Assembly (NCBI GenBank): GCA_020353515.1 | Contig: CP070695.1 | Location: forward strand, 3,520,050-3,584,049 | DNA from: Candidatus Heimdallarchaeota archaeon | GTDB lineage: Archaea; Asgardarchaeota; Heimdallarchaeia; Hodarchaeales; Hodarchaeaceae | DNA length: 64,000 bases | Reading direction: 5' to 3' | Shown: positions 30,126 through 40,701 of the stretch, piece by piece | Layout of the letters: each line of letters starts with the position of its first letter | How positions within the stretch are numbered: the first letter of the stretch is position 1 | Notes under the pieces: generated by a model | What the model saw: only the letters and a program-made list of their open reading frames with translations | Told to the model about the DNA's origin: nothing | The model's database searches: none | Program-made: the position numbers and the translations under genes

Positions 30126-30131
30126 TTAAAT

Positions 30132-30902
30132 CTACTCTCCTTTCTCCTTTTTGAAAAATCCTCTAATCTCCTCCTCGTTGTATTTTTGAAAGAACTCTTT
30201 TGTTGATGTTTTCTCAATGAATTCTCCACCTTTTAAAAATAACAATTGATCCGTTAATCTTTTTGTTTGTTCCAAGGAATGAGTTACAATAATTATCTTT
30301 ATTTCTTCTTGAGATAATTTTCTTAGGGTATCCTCCAATATCTCCTCGGAGACAATATCCAAAGCACTGGTTGGTTCATCTAAAAGCAAAATATCGGGAT
30401 TATTGGATAAACTTCGAGCAACAGAGACACGCTGTTGCTCTCCTCCAGATAAATTTTCGATTTTACGGTCTAGAAATTCATGAGGAAGCGCAACTTTATC
30501 CAGAAGTTCAAAAAGATCTTTTTCTGTAAGATTGATTCCCCATATGCTTGGTCCATAAGTTAAATTATCACGAACTGTTTCAGGAAAGAGGTATGGTCGT
30601 TGTTGTACTAACCCAATTCTTTTTCTTAACTCTCGAACGGGAATCGTGTCGTACCATTCACTATCAAGACTGATTTTACCTGAAGTGGCTGATATTAATC
30701 GGTTCATCAAACGCAAAAGAGTGCTCTTTCCAGAACCTGATGGACCTATTATACCAGTAATTCCTTTTCTATCAATCTTAACAGAAATATCTTTTATGAT
30801 TCGATTAGAATTAATTTCAAAATTTACATTTTGAAAACAAATTGGACAATCTTCATCATTGATACCCTGTGTGTGACCAAGACTTGACTGATATTCATTC
30901 AA
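30132..30902 (-). CDS. ABC transporter ATP-binding protein (FetA-like)
   Basis: GPSGSGKS, LSGGEQQR, LLLDEPT, VTH; adjacent to the FetB-like permease. Confidence 0.9.
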   Translation of the reverse strand: MNEYQSSLGHTQGINDEDCPICFQNVNFEINSNRIIKDISVKIDRKGITGIIGPSGSGKSTLLRLMNRLISATSGKISLDSEWYDTIPVRELRKRIGLVQQRPYLFPETVRDNLTYGPSIWGINLTEKDLFELLDKVALPHEFLDRKIENLSGGEQQRVSVARSLSNNPDILLLDEPTSALDIVSEEILEDTLRKLSQEEIKIIIVTHSLEQTKRLTDQLLFLKGGEFIEKTSTKEFFQKYNEEEIRGFFKKEKGE

Positions 30903-31008
30903 CGAAATCCTTCCATGTATTTCAATTATGTAGAAGTGATTTGCTCTTAGAGAGAGGTCAGAGAAGCAAAATATTTTGATAAATAATTTTGTTTCTAGGG
31001 TTCTTTTT

Positions 31009-31215
31009 TATAGGTTAATCTATATCATATAGGTTGATCTATATCTAATTTCTACTAAGAATAAAGAATTTAATAAATTCAAAAGTTATATAGAATAATT
31101 TATAAAATAATATTCTAATTTTTACTTTTTTAGTCGGGTTAATTCTCAATAAATAATGGGAGATTCCTTTTTTGTCGGGTTATTCGATCTAGAATCTTTT
31201 ATAGGATAAACTATA
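31009..31215. repeat. Array of two motif classes: near-palindromic TATAG-N6-CTATA (three copies plus one degenerate copy) and CT6(A)GTCGGGTTA (two copies)
   Basis: TATAGGTTAATCTATA 31009-31024, TATAGGTTGATCTATA 31028-31043, TATAGAATAATTTATA 31089-31104, TATAGGATAAACTATA 31200-31215; GTCGGGTTA at 31133 and 31174. Confidence 0.75.
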
Positions 31216-31286
31216 TAAAACTGTATTCTCTTATAAAAATTAAATCCCATCGTTGAGTAAAATTTTAACTAACGGTGAATCACTAG

Positions 31287-31880
31287 ATGCCAAAGGGTAA
31301 CCGTGATGAGACTGATCGCGAACTGGAGCGAAGGATATCGCTTTTTGATCGACCAGTTGCGTTGAAAGAACTAGCTAAAGTCCTTAACTGGAACCCAGGG
31401 AAAGTTGATGGTGCTGTCAATCGTTTACAGGAAGAAGGGAAGGTTGCTACAGTCAAAGTTGTTCCTCCTAAAGGGCATCGTCAGCGATGGGTCGGATTAC
31501 CATCGAGAAAATACTATTGGAATAATTTCTTCCAGAATAAAATTCTTAAAGACCAAAATATTATTGTAGATGATCCCTTGAAAATTTTTGAAGGCATATC
31601 ACAAACATTAGATACAACGGATATTGAAAGAAAAAACCAAATTGATCTTAATCTTGCACAGGTATTACATGAATTCCAACCAAAAATAACTGAAACAGCG
31701 GAAAAATTAGGAACAAGCAGCAGTGAACTATTACGTACTATACTAACTGATGGATTAAATGAAAACACTCCCTTTTTCAAAGAACTAATAAAAGTCTTCA
31801 CCCAAGTTTATAGAGAAACAGAGAATCCAATCCTTAGGGATATGATTTTCAGGGCTCAACAATCGGTTAAAATGGGATAA
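31287..31880 (+). CDS. Putative DNA-binding protein: N-terminal winged HTH plus C-terminal ribbon-helix-helix-like segment
   Basis: LKELAKVLNWNPGKVDGAVNRLQEEGKV (wHTH); TAEKLGTSSSELLRTIL (RHH-like helices). Confidence 0.7.
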   Translation: MPKGNRDETDRELERRISLFDRPVALKELAKVLNWNPGKVDGAVNRLQEEGKVATVKVVPPKGHRQRWVGLPSRKYYWNNFFQNKILKDQNIIVDDPLKIFEGISQTLDTTDIERKNQIDLNLAQVLHEFQPKITETAEKLGTSSSELLRTILTDGLNENTPFFKELIKVFTQVYRETENPILRDMIFRAQQSVKMG

Positions 31881-31883
31881 TAA

Positions 31884-32963
31884 ATGTCAGATGATTTTTC
31901 ATCTTCCATTAGCTTGTTGGCGGATCTTGAGCTTCACGAATGTTCAAAATGTAAGAAACCCACCGAATCAACAAAATTAGACCAAGGACTATGTCCAGAA
32001 TGTAAGAAAAAAGCGAGGAAACGCTCAGCTTCAATTATTCCTGATAAAAAGAAAGGTTCACCAAAAGTAAGAAAATCTAAGTCTTCAAAAACTTTGAAAG
32101 AATTAGAAACTAGAATTTTAAAGCAACAAACTTTGATTGAGAGCTTAAAATCAAAGAATGAAGAATTAGAATCTCAGACTTTTGAATTAATGGATCGTAT
32201 TCGTGCCCTAGAATCAGGAACAACCTCAAAAGGAGCACAAGAAAAGATAGTTATTGCGTATTATTCATTTGAAAAGAAATATCATGAATTCTTCACTGCT
32301 ACTCAAGTAACTGATCAACTACTCCTTAAAATGATCTTATTAATTGAGACTTCTCTAAATAGCGCAGAGCAGATTCAAGCGTTGGAAATTATTGGTAATA
32401 ACTTCCTCCAAGATGGTAGGGCTACTCCAAAGGGGGATATAAGGGATTATATCCGTGTTTCAGCTGCTTCATTTACTAGATCATTTCTTCCTTTTAGCAA
32501 TGATGGAATTAGAAATTTGGGGATACGATCTTTTCATTGCGAAATATTATTAGAAACTTACACTGAGGATTTAATTCCAGTATATACCCCAACAACTCTC
32601 GGGGAACGATTCTTCACAATCAAATCAAATTATTTTAATCAGACACAAGTAATGAATAGAATAAAAACCTCTTTTGGAAGACACCTAATAACAAATAAAG
32701 GAAGGAAATTATACAAGGTGATTTTTGATCATTACATTGAGAATAAAAGACCAGTTACACGTCAAGAATTGTTTAATAATTATAATCTTGGGAAATATGA
32801 GATTGATAATTTTAAACACAATTTAATTGAAATAGGACTGATCAAAAAAGTACCTCTCCCAATAACAGAGAGGTATAATCAAAATCGTCAAATTCCACGT
32901 AGTGAGATTCCCTTACAACCTCGTCATTTAACAATTCCACCAAAGGATCTGGCGGGATACTAG
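31884..32963 (+). CDS. Hypothetical protein: Zn-ribbon, basic linker, coiled coil and probable winged-helix domain(s)
   Basis: CSKC...LCPEC; heptad LKELETRILKQQTLIESLKSKNEELESQTFELMDRIRALE; YTPTTLGERF wing-like motif; VTRQELFNNYNLGKYEIDNFKHNLIEIGLIKKV. Confidence 0.7.
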   Translation: MSDDFSSSISLLADLELHECSKCKKPTESTKLDQGLCPECKKKARKRSASIIPDKKKGSPKVRKSKSSKTLKELETRILKQQTLIESLKSKNEELESQTFELMDRIRALESGTTSKGAQEKIVIAYYSFEKKYHEFFTATQVTDQLLLKMILLIETSLNSAEQIQALEIIGNNFLQDGRATPKGDIRDYIRVSAASFTRSFLPFSNDGIRNLGIRSFHCEILLETYTEDLIPVYTPTTLGERFFTIKSNYFNQTQVMNRIKTSFGRHLITNKGRKLYKVIFDHYIENKRPVTRQELFNNYNLGKYEIDNFKHNLIEIGLIKKVPLPITERYNQNRQIPRSEIPLQPRHLTIPPKDLAGY

Positions 32964-33004
32964 GGATTAGTGATGTTAAAGAAGCTGCACAGTAAAAGAC
33001 AGGG

Positions 33005-34429
33005 TTAGTTTCTCTGACTTCTTTTTTTCTTCCATATCCCTGACACAAATAACGCAATTGGAATAATAATCACAAAGATATTAGGGAAAATTGAAGTTTT
33101 ATCTGCTGAAGTTGACACTGGTTCCGTTATGCCATGACTATAATAAATATCCATTTCATTCTCTCGACCATCACTCCATACTACATGGGGGAAATCTTTT
33201 GAGTCAACCTTTATGGTGAAATAATCCCCTGGTCGCGTGAAAGTACTTGAAGTATTTACACTAGCAATTGCAACTGGATCACTGTAGATAACTTCCTCTC
33301 CAGTTTCATTTGAAAATATAAGCATCCGATAATAAGGGCCATATGTATCTTCATGTTCATCATACCAAACTACATGAACCCTGCCATTAGAATCAATATC
33401 CATTTCAGGTTGCCATTGATTGCCTGCCCTCTTAGGATTCACTTGATAACGATCACTCCAATTCAAACCATAATCATCAGAATATCTGATAAATATATCC
33501 CATTCACCACCTTCGTGGTGTCTATCAGCCCATAATACATATAATCTATCACTCATGTCAAAACGGATGACTGGTAAGGTTGCTCGTGATGGTCTTTGAT
33601 CTAAAGTTGTTTCAAACGTAGCATTTTCAGATAATGGGTTGAGATCAATTTGTTCAGAAAATGTCTCTCCTTGGTCTTGGGAGGCAACAAGATAAACATC
33701 TCCCCAAGCAGTGAAAAACCATACCCAGGCCACATAAACATCATTATTACTATCTGTTGTCACATATGGCCCTAGATGGTCTTCAGGATGTGTTTCCGAG
33801 TCTATAATTACTCCAACTTCATCAAAGTTATCCCCATTATCTATTGAGCGAGTTAATCGCACAGTAGTGACATTTGTGTTGTAATTGATATCATCATACG
33901 CCACGTAAACAGTTCCGTCATTGCTGACAGTCATAGTTTCCTTATCTGCAAAACCTTCTCCATATGATGCTGCAACTGGGCTCCAAGTATCTCCCAGAGA
34001 AGTACTTTTTGCAACTGTTATCTGAGATAACTCATAAGAGTCAATAGAATATTCAAGATAGGCATAATATAGAATCTCATCATGCCATACTAACCACGGA
34101 TCTGACTGACCTGTGTTAATCCCTTTAAACATTGGCATATCAAATGGTTCTGACCAATCTTTACCATTATTAGTTGATTTTGAAAAACTAACCCTTACAC
34201 CAGGCCCATTATGACTAAAAGCATTTTTCCATCCCGCGAAAATTACATCATTCTCACTAATAGCTAAAGTGGGTTCAACATGATGGGTATAAGGAGAATC
34301 ACTTGTTGACAAGAGGATATTTTTTGAGAAACTTGTAATTAAATTTGAATCACTCTGCAAGATTCCATAAGAAGAACGGGATTGAATAATCATTATAAAA
34401 GCTATAAGTAATAGAATCCTGGTTTTCAT
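33005..34429 (-). CDS. Secreted, membrane-anchored BNR/Asp-box (sialidase-fold) protein
   Basis: Signal peptide; five SxDxGxxW/F-like Asp-boxes; C-terminal TM followed by KKKR. Confidence 0.85.
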   Translation of the reverse strand: MKTRILLLIAFIMIIQSRSSYGILQSDSNLITSFSKNILLSTSDSPYTHHVEPTLAISENDVIFAGWKNAFSHNGPGVRVSFSKSTNNGKDWSEPFDMPMFKGINTGQSDPWLVWHDEILYYAYLEYSIDSYELSQITVAKSTSLGDTWSPVAASYGEGFADKETMTVSNDGTVYVAYDDINYNTNVTTVRLTRSIDNGDNFDEVGVIIDSETHPEDHLGPYVTTDSNNDVYVAWVWFFTAWGDVYLVASQDQGETFSEQIDLNPLSENATFETTLDQRPSRATLPVIRFDMSDRLYVLWADRHHEGGEWDIFIRYSDDYGLNWSDRYQVNPKRAGNQWQPEMDIDSNGRVHVVWYDEHEDTYGPYYRMLIFSNETGEEVIYSDPVAIASVNTSSTFTRPGDYFTIKVDSKDFPHVVWSDGRENEMDIYYSHGITEPVSTSADKTSIFPNIFVIIIPIALFVSGIWKKKRSQRN

Positions 34430-34667
34430 AAGGAAAAAGTGCTTATTTTGTTATTTAAAAATCTAGAGGTAAATGCAATTTATTTCCTCTACTTCTTTTC
34501 TTAGCATCTTAAACATATTCCCCTATCTTAGATATTTTAATTTATAATAACCATACAAAATTGTGTAATAAGTGCAATTCGTAAGGGTATTGGCTTGATA
34601 AAAAGTGTTTATATAATACATGAATCGGGTATCTGTTTATTCGAAAAAGTTTATTCCCAAAATCCTG

Positions 34668-35960
34668 TTAATCTTTGAATACTCTTAGAGTAAACAGCGA
34701 AGCACCTATTAAGAATATTAAGACTCCTCCAACGAGAGTGAAGATGATTTCGGTTTGGAGTTGGGATATGTCATGACCAGATAAGAGAATTAAGTTCTGA
34801 GCTCTTACTATTTGAGAGAAAGGGTTTAGATCCCAGAGTAGGAGTGCTCGAGTCTCCCCAATACTTGTTGGTAGAAAATCAGGTATTAACACTACTTCAG
34901 GCAAGGGTAAAAAAGCACCTGAAAGAAAACCTAATGGGGCCGATAAAAATGCAGCAATTCCTGATGCATTTTCCCCTGTCTTATCTATGGCTGCAATAGT
35001 CAAACCTAATCCCATCGCAGGAATAGTAGCTAAAACACCAAAGAAAAAAGAATAAATCGGATTACCTTTCCCTTGAAATCCAAAGATATAAGCTGCTACT
35101 AACATAACAGCAACTTGACAACTTAAAATAAGAATTTGACTAGCTGAAAGACCAGTTAGATATTCTATGGGGTTCAGTTTACTTATTCTTAACCTATCAA
35201 GAGTTCCATGAGATCTTTCAGTACCAACTATAAACCCTATACTTGCAGAACCAAGAATAACTCCGAATATTAAAAATCCAGGGATATAATAATCAAAAGA
35301 AGTAAATGCAATGCTTGTTACATCCTCTGTTTGAATTGCAAATTGTCCCCCAATGAAGTCAATACCGTAAAAATAATCTATAAATTTCTGTAAAGCATCA
35401 GAGATCTCGGTCTGAAGTTGTTGGTAGGTTTGGTAACCACTATCCCCCTGAATTTTAATAGATGTATTTATATTTGCTAATTGAGAATCAACCGATGCAC
35501 CTTCTGTTAAGTTAATCTTATAATTTAATCCAGAAAGGATACTATGAGAGAAGGTTCTAGGGATTATTAAACATAAAACTATCTTACGTGATTTAATATC
35601 GTTTGTAGCTTTATCTAAGGAAGAGTAATCGTGTACTTTTAATGGTGAACCAGTGATATTGATAGATGTTGAACCTTCTAGGCTAGTGACGAAATATTCC
35701 CCAAATCCTTTTTCAAAAATTTCTTTTGTATCTGAAACTATATACGGACCAAATTCATTCTTCCAATTTGGTTCAATTTGATCTTTGTTTAGAACACCTA
35801 TCTCCAAAGTGGTTGAACCTAAAAATTCCGTCCCACCACCAAAAATAAAAGCAAAAGAAGCAACGAAAATTAATGGAAAAGCAAGAATGAGCGCTAATTG
35901 AGCTGGAGACCGAATTACTTGTTTAACACTTCGTATAAAGACTTTGATTACTACCATCAT
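34668..35960 (-). CDS. ABC-2 type exporter permease
   Basis: N-terminal TM, large extracellular loop, YIPG, ER..GTLDRL, SGAFLP; start placed at the ATG at 35960 with GGAGAG upstream. Confidence 0.88.
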   Translation of the reverse strand: MMVVIKVFIRSVKQVIRSPAQLALILAFPLIFVASFAFIFGGGTEFLGSTTLEIGVLNKDQIEPNWKNEFGPYIVSDTKEIFEKGFGEYFVTSLEGSTSINITGSPLKVHDYSSLDKATNDIKSRKIVLCLIIPRTFSHSILSGLNYKINLTEGASVDSQLANINTSIKIQGDSGYQTYQQLQTEISDALQKFIDYFYGIDFIGGQFAIQTEDVTSIAFTSFDYYIPGFLIFGVILGSASIGFIVGTERSHGTLDRLRISKLNPIEYLTGLSASQILILSCQVAVMLVAAYIFGFQGKGNPIYSFFFGVLATIPAMGLGLTIAAIDKTGENASGIAAFLSAPLGFLSGAFLPLPEVVLIPDFLPTSIGETRALLLWDLNPFSQIVRAQNLILLSGHDISQLQTEIIFTLVGGVLIFLIGASLFTLRVFKD

Positions 35961-35976
35961 TATACTCTCCGCTTTT

Positions 35977-37359
35977 TTAAATATCACCTGTAAATCGACG
36001 CTTTGAATATGCTGCAATACTAAATGCCAACAGCAATACATTTAGTACTGTTAAGAAGATTATTTCAGCAATAACATCTATTAAACTGAAATTATAAAGT
36101 AATACCGAACGTAAAGCACTGATAGCGTGTGTGGAAGGAAGTAAATCCCAGAGAGTAAAATCTCTTAATGCACCTGTAGCTGTAGGGAAGGAATCAGGTA
36201 TTAAAGTAATTTTTGGAGCATCCATGAATGCACCTGAGGCAAAAGCTAGGGGCGTTACACCAAAACCAATCGCCATACCAGCTGCGTCTGGTGATGTGAA
36301 AACTGCTGCAGCAACAAATGTTAAGCCAAGTGTAAAAAGTGTGGTTAGCCAACAAATGATAAATCCTTGAATAATGTCTCCTTCAGGTTGGAATCCTAGG
36401 ATGAAACTCATTCCCAACAACACAGCAATTTGTGCTGGTGAAATCACTAGCTGCAAAGTGCTAGCACCAACGATATATTCCCAGGGTTGAATTAATGAAA
36501 GTCGCAATCGTGAAATGGTTTTGTTTGGTGTCTGTATTTCACTGGATAAGAATGCAGATAAAATTCCAGCCTGTGTAAGGATTCCAAATATGATCATTCC
36601 AGGAAGAATGATATCAAAAACTGAATAATCCCGTACATTTATTGTTTCAGGCTCAATTGTAATCTCCACTGGATAATTTAATGATGATAATTCCTTTGCA
36701 TATTCACTGATAAAAAGAGTAACAATTTTTTCTACGATTTGGTAGTTTAAGTGCCCATTATCCCCAACAATTTCTACTGTTGTATTATCTCTTGTTGGAA
36801 ATGGTGGTCCAGTATATTGTAAAAATCCTCCAGATGCTTCAAGTATGGAATTATTTATTAATTCATGGATGTAGATTCCGTTTTGAATATAGAAAGCATT
36901 ATTTACCGCTGCCATTGTTGCATTCGAAAATCCTTTTGGAAAAACAATCAATCCATCAATTTCACGACTTTCTATGAGCTTCCTCGCCTCTTCTTCCTTC
37001 TCCTGTTCTGTTTGATAAACATTAAAAATTCGTATTTCTTCTCCTGGATAAGTTGTCGTATTCATTAATTCAATTAGGTCTACAGCGAATCCATTTTCAA
37101 TTGTTTCTTCTGTTAATCCTGTGGCATTAAAGTCAGAACTTAACACTCCCTTTATCTCCTCAGCTAATCCTCTATCATTATTTATAACTACAATATTGTA
37201 TGTTGTAGCCCCTGCGGTTCTGACACTCGAAAAAGCAAAGAAGAAAACGAAAATCATGAATCCTGGAAGCAGCAATAACATGATGAGAGTAAAGTGGTTT
37301 CTTTTCATCTCCCGCCATAACCGTTGCGTAACATACAAGAATGTTGGTAAGTTCATCAT
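35977..37359 (-). CDS. ABC-2 type exporter permease
   Basis: Paralog of the adjacent permease; ILPG, ASGAF, LPSTHAISALR. Confidence 0.88.
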   Translation of the reverse strand: MMNLPTFLYVTQRLWREMKRNHFTLIMLLLLPGFMIFVFFFAFSSVRTAGATTYNIVVINNDRGLAEEIKGVLSSDFNATGLTEETIENGFAVDLIELMNTTTYPGEEIRIFNVYQTEQEKEEEARKLIESREIDGLIVFPKGFSNATMAAVNNAFYIQNGIYIHELINNSILEASGGFLQYTGPPFPTRDNTTVEIVGDNGHLNYQIVEKIVTLFISEYAKELSSLNYPVEITIEPETINVRDYSVFDIILPGMIIFGILTQAGILSAFLSSEIQTPNKTISRLRLSLIQPWEYIVGASTLQLVISPAQIAVLLGMSFILGFQPEGDIIQGFIICWLTTLFTLGLTFVAAAVFTSPDAAGMAIGFGVTPLAFASGAFMDAPKITLIPDSFPTATGALRDFTLWDLLPSTHAISALRSVLLYNFSLIDVIAEIIFLTVLNVLLLAFSIAAYSKRRFTGDI

Positions 37360-37368
37360 TTATACCCT

Positions 37369-38355
37369 TTAGTCTCTTAAAGATCTTCCTGTCAAATTTA
37401 TGAATACATCTTCTAATGTTGTGTTTCGTATTCCTAAGTGCTCAATTTCTACATTAAGATCTTCAATCACATTTAATAATGCAGCCATTCTTGGAATAAC
37501 ATCAAGACAGCGGACGGTTAATTGATTAGCTGTGATATTTATTTCTTGAACACCCTTGAAATTCGAAAGGGCTTCTTTGGCCGCCTCTAATTTCTCACTT
37601 TCATTGATTTGAATTTCTATAAGATCACCTTCTCCTACGGATGCTTTCAATTTGTCAGGAGTGTCCAAGACAAGTATTTTTCCTTTATCAATAATCGCAA
37701 CCCGATCACTTAATCTGTCTGCTTCCTCCATAAAATGTGTTGTTAATACAACCGTTTTTCCTTCTTTTTTTACTAGGTTTTGAACAAATTCCCATACAGC
37801 TACTCTAGATTGTGGATCAAGGCCAGGAGTTGGTTCATCACACAAAATAACTACTGGATCATGAATTATCCCCATTATTAGGTTCAAACGTCTTTTTTGG
37901 CCTCCTGATAATGTCCGTGCAAGTGATTTCCGTTTTTCTCCAAGACCAATTTTCTTAATCAGTTCATCAATACGATTTTCTGCAATTTCCTTTGGTAATT
38001 TGTAGGCATTAGCCATGAACCACATGTTCTCTTCGACAGTCAAATCTTGATAAATTGAAATATCTTGGGGAATAATTCCAATTTTACTCTTCAGTTCATT
38101 TCTGGAATTTCTGTCTTTGGGAGTCATACCCAAGATCTGAACCTCTCCTTTAGTTTGTTCTAGTAAACCAACCATCATTCGTAAACTAGTCGTCTTCCCT
38201 GCACCATTTGGGCCTAGGAAACCAAATAACTCACCCTTATGAATAGTTAGAGAAATTCCTCTGACAGCCTCAACAGCTGATTCACCTTTACCATACGTTT
38301 TATGGATATCGAATACTTCTATAGCAGGTATTTCCATTTTCAATCCTCTATTCAA
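37369..38355 (-). CDS. ABC exporter ATP-binding protein (DrrA-like; start may be 38337)
   Basis: GPNGAGKT, LSGGQKRR, CDEPT, TTHFMEEA, TLEDVF. Confidence 0.93.
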   Translation of the reverse strand: MNRGLKMEIPAIEVFDIHKTYGKGESAVEAVRGISLTIHKGELFGFLGPNGAGKTTSLRMMVGLLEQTKGEVQILGMTPKDRNSRNELKSKIGIIPQDISIYQDLTVEENMWFMANAYKLPKEIAENRIDELIKKIGLGEKRKSLARTLSGGQKRRLNLIMGIIHDPVVILCDEPTPGLDPQSRVAVWEFVQNLVKKEGKTVVLTTHFMEEADRLSDRVAIIDKGKILVLDTPDKLKASVGEGDLIEIQINESEKLEAAKEALSNFKGVQEINITANQLTVRCLDVIPRMAALLNVIEDLNVEIEHLGIRNTTLEDVFINLTGRSLRD

Positions 38356-38566
38356 ATAAGACGACTTTTTCTTACAATCGTCAATGAATACAACCAGATC
38401 TTCAGAAATCCATTACTCATAAGCTACAAAAAAAGTGGTTTTAAAGAAATTTTATTTAGAAATCAAAATGCAGATTAGATTTGAAACTTTTGCTTCAGAA
38501 CAGCGTAAAGATCTAGATAAAAAAATATAACAGAATAAAATGACTTTCCCTTTGAAAAAGCGTTTT

Positions 38567-40486
38567 TTATGAATTTTCTTCAAGGATTCGTCGTGCATCC
38601 TCTAAATATCTATAAACAGATAACTCTTTAGTGCTGCTTAATTGTTGGCCTTCTTGTTCGATTAATGCTATACTTTCAATTGCTTTAGTTTTTTGTCTAT
38701 AAAGGTGATAAGTATCAGCATCTTTAATGATTTCTGAATATAATTGATAAGCTTTATCGTAATTAGAATGGATTCGAGCTAGGTGGGCTTTCAATAGGTT
38801 ACATTCGAGAATAAAAGCCGATAATTTCTTCTTTTTAACTTCAGTTTCTAGTTTCTTTAAGAGTGCTTCAGCTTCTTTGAATGCTTGTTGATTCCCCGTC
38901 TTAGACATTTCCACGAGAAGTTCTATGTACAAGAATTCCTCAGTTAAAGCAGATGCCCCTATTTCTTTTATTTTTTCGAGGAAAGAATTGAAAGCACGCT
39001 TAGCTAAGCCATAATTCATTTCATGTTTCTCAATTAAACCAAGCAGATGATAGTATTTAGCCTGATCCCAATTGGAGATATTTTTTGCTTTTTGGTCATT
39101 TAATTTGGTCCTCGCCTCTTCTGCCCTATTTAATGCTAATAAAACGTTAATCTCGAACTTTAAGATAATCAACTCATTATAGGGCTCTTTTTGTTTCGAT
39201 CTCATCTGATCATTAAGTCTTCTAGCTTTTGCGATTGCAATTGAAGCTTTTTCCAGGTAATTTTGTTGATAATACAAATCACTAAACAATAATTGGATGT
39301 AAATCTCTAACCAATTAGCATATTCATACTGAGAATTTTGTGCTAGAGTATACGCTTTAGCCATAATTTCCTCTGCTTCTTTGAATTTTCCAGAAAATTG
39401 AAGAGTACGAGCATATTCAGAAAAAACACTAATCCGCTTATAAGAAGCAGGTTTCCTACCTTTCACTGAAATGTCAGGTTGTGTTTCAAAAAATTTTAGT
39501 AGTGTTTTCCAAATTTTGATAGCTTTTTCCCACTCTCCCGTTAAATGTCGTAGCTTACCGATTCCCCAAAGTGCATTGTGGTAACCCTCCTGATCATTTA
39601 CTTTTTTAAATTCCTTTTGAGATTCCTTAAACCATTTAACAGCTTCTGGATATGCACCTTGCCCTCTAAAAGCTATTGCTAATGCACGTTTAATTTCTGC
39701 AGATTGTTCTAATTTTCGTTCGCTCTTTGGTAAGATTTTTTCGTAATTAAGAGTTTTCTTCAGTAAATCAACTGCTTGATTGAATTCAGCCTTTTTTTCT
39801 AATAAGAAACTCTTTTCAATTTGGGATTTGATATAGTCTTTACTCTCATAATCAGGGTCAGTACAACAAGAGTCAATTACTTTAATGGCTTCATTAATCT
39901 TCCCCTTTTTTATAAATGCCGTTGTTAATTCTTCTCGTAGTGAGGTTTGTATTTCTCGTTTCTCTTTTTCTGGTAAATGGATTGCAATAGCAGGTAAGAG
40001 TCTTTTATCTATGTCCTGGAGGATTTCTATAGCTTCATCGAATGATCTCTTCTCTCTAGCATTTACTCCAGTCTGCTTTACTGATTTTATTATAGATTTT
40101 ATTCCTGCTTCATCAAGCTTCTTTTCATTCAATTCAATTTGTTTCGATGCCTGAATCTTCTTCTTTAATTCAGGAAGCTCGATTTTTATAGTTCCTAATT
40201 CCTTCTCGATTGTTTTATCTATCTCTTCAATCCAGGATTTATTTCCAAAAATTTCTTCAATTCGAACAATAGCCTCATCTAAGCCTTTTAACGACAATTT
40301 AAAACCTTGAGCCACATCTTGTTGCAAATCTCTTGAGAGATTCTGTTTTAAATCTTCCTTTAGCAAATGTATCTTCTTACTCGTTCTCTGGAGCTTTTCT
40401 TGGTAATCATTGATAGGTATTAGTTCTTCAGAGTTCTTCTTATCCATAACATCTTTACTAGGTTTAGGTATTTTAATAACCTCCAA
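38567..40486 (-). CDS. Tetratricopeptide-repeat protein with N-terminal coiled coil
   Basis: Repeated TPR-like helices (LAIAFRGQGAYPEAVKWF, IGKLRHLTGEWEKAIKIW, YARTLQFSGKFKEAEEIM). Confidence 0.8.
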   Translation of the reverse strand: MEVIKIPKPSKDVMDKKNSEELIPINDYQEKLQRTSKKIHLLKEDLKQNLSRDLQQDVAQGFKLSLKGLDEAIVRIEEIFGNKSWIEEIDKTIEKELGTIKIELPELKKKIQASKQIELNEKKLDEAGIKSIIKSVKQTGVNAREKRSFDEAIEILQDIDKRLLPAIAIHLPEKEKREIQTSLREELTTAFIKKGKINEAIKVIDSCCTDPDYESKDYIKSQIEKSFLLEKKAEFNQAVDLLKKTLNYEKILPKSERKLEQSAEIKRALAIAFRGQGAYPEAVKWFKESQKEFKKVNDQEGYHNALWGIGKLRHLTGEWEKAIKIWKTLLKFFETQPDISVKGRKPASYKRISVFSEYARTLQFSGKFKEAEEIMAKAYTLAQNSQYEYANWLEIYIQLLFSDLYYQQNYLEKASIAIAKARRLNDQMRSKQKEPYNELIILKFEINVLLALNRAEEARTKLNDQKAKNISNWDQAKYYHLLGLIEKHEMNYGLAKRAFNSFLEKIKEIGASALTEEFLYIELLVEMSKTGNQQAFKEAEALLKKLETEVKKKKLSAFILECNLLKAHLARIHSNYDKAYQLYSEIIKDADTYHLYRQKTKAIESIALIEQEGQQLSSTKELSVYRYLEDARRILEENS

Positions 40487-40701
40487 GAAGAAAATGAATC
40501 ATAAAATAATAGAAGCCAGTCATTAAATAGAGTACATGCAGAAAAAAATCTCTATTACGTTGACTTATCTTTGATGACACCTTTATCAATTATGAGCATA
40601 AATATTTTATCTTCTGGGCAAGAAAGAAAGTATGAAAGAAGTTTTTGATGAAATTTTCATTCTATAAAATGTAAACTGCCTGATATGTAATAGAGGCAAT
40701 A

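Noticed and set aside
31009-31215. Repeats as a CRISPR array
   Set aside because: Repeats are only 16-19 bp, irregularly spaced, have no uniform spacers, and no cas genes are present
35961-36041. N-terminal extension of the permease in the ORF track
   Set aside because: Overlaps the upstream gene; the ATG at 35960 has a better ribosome-binding site
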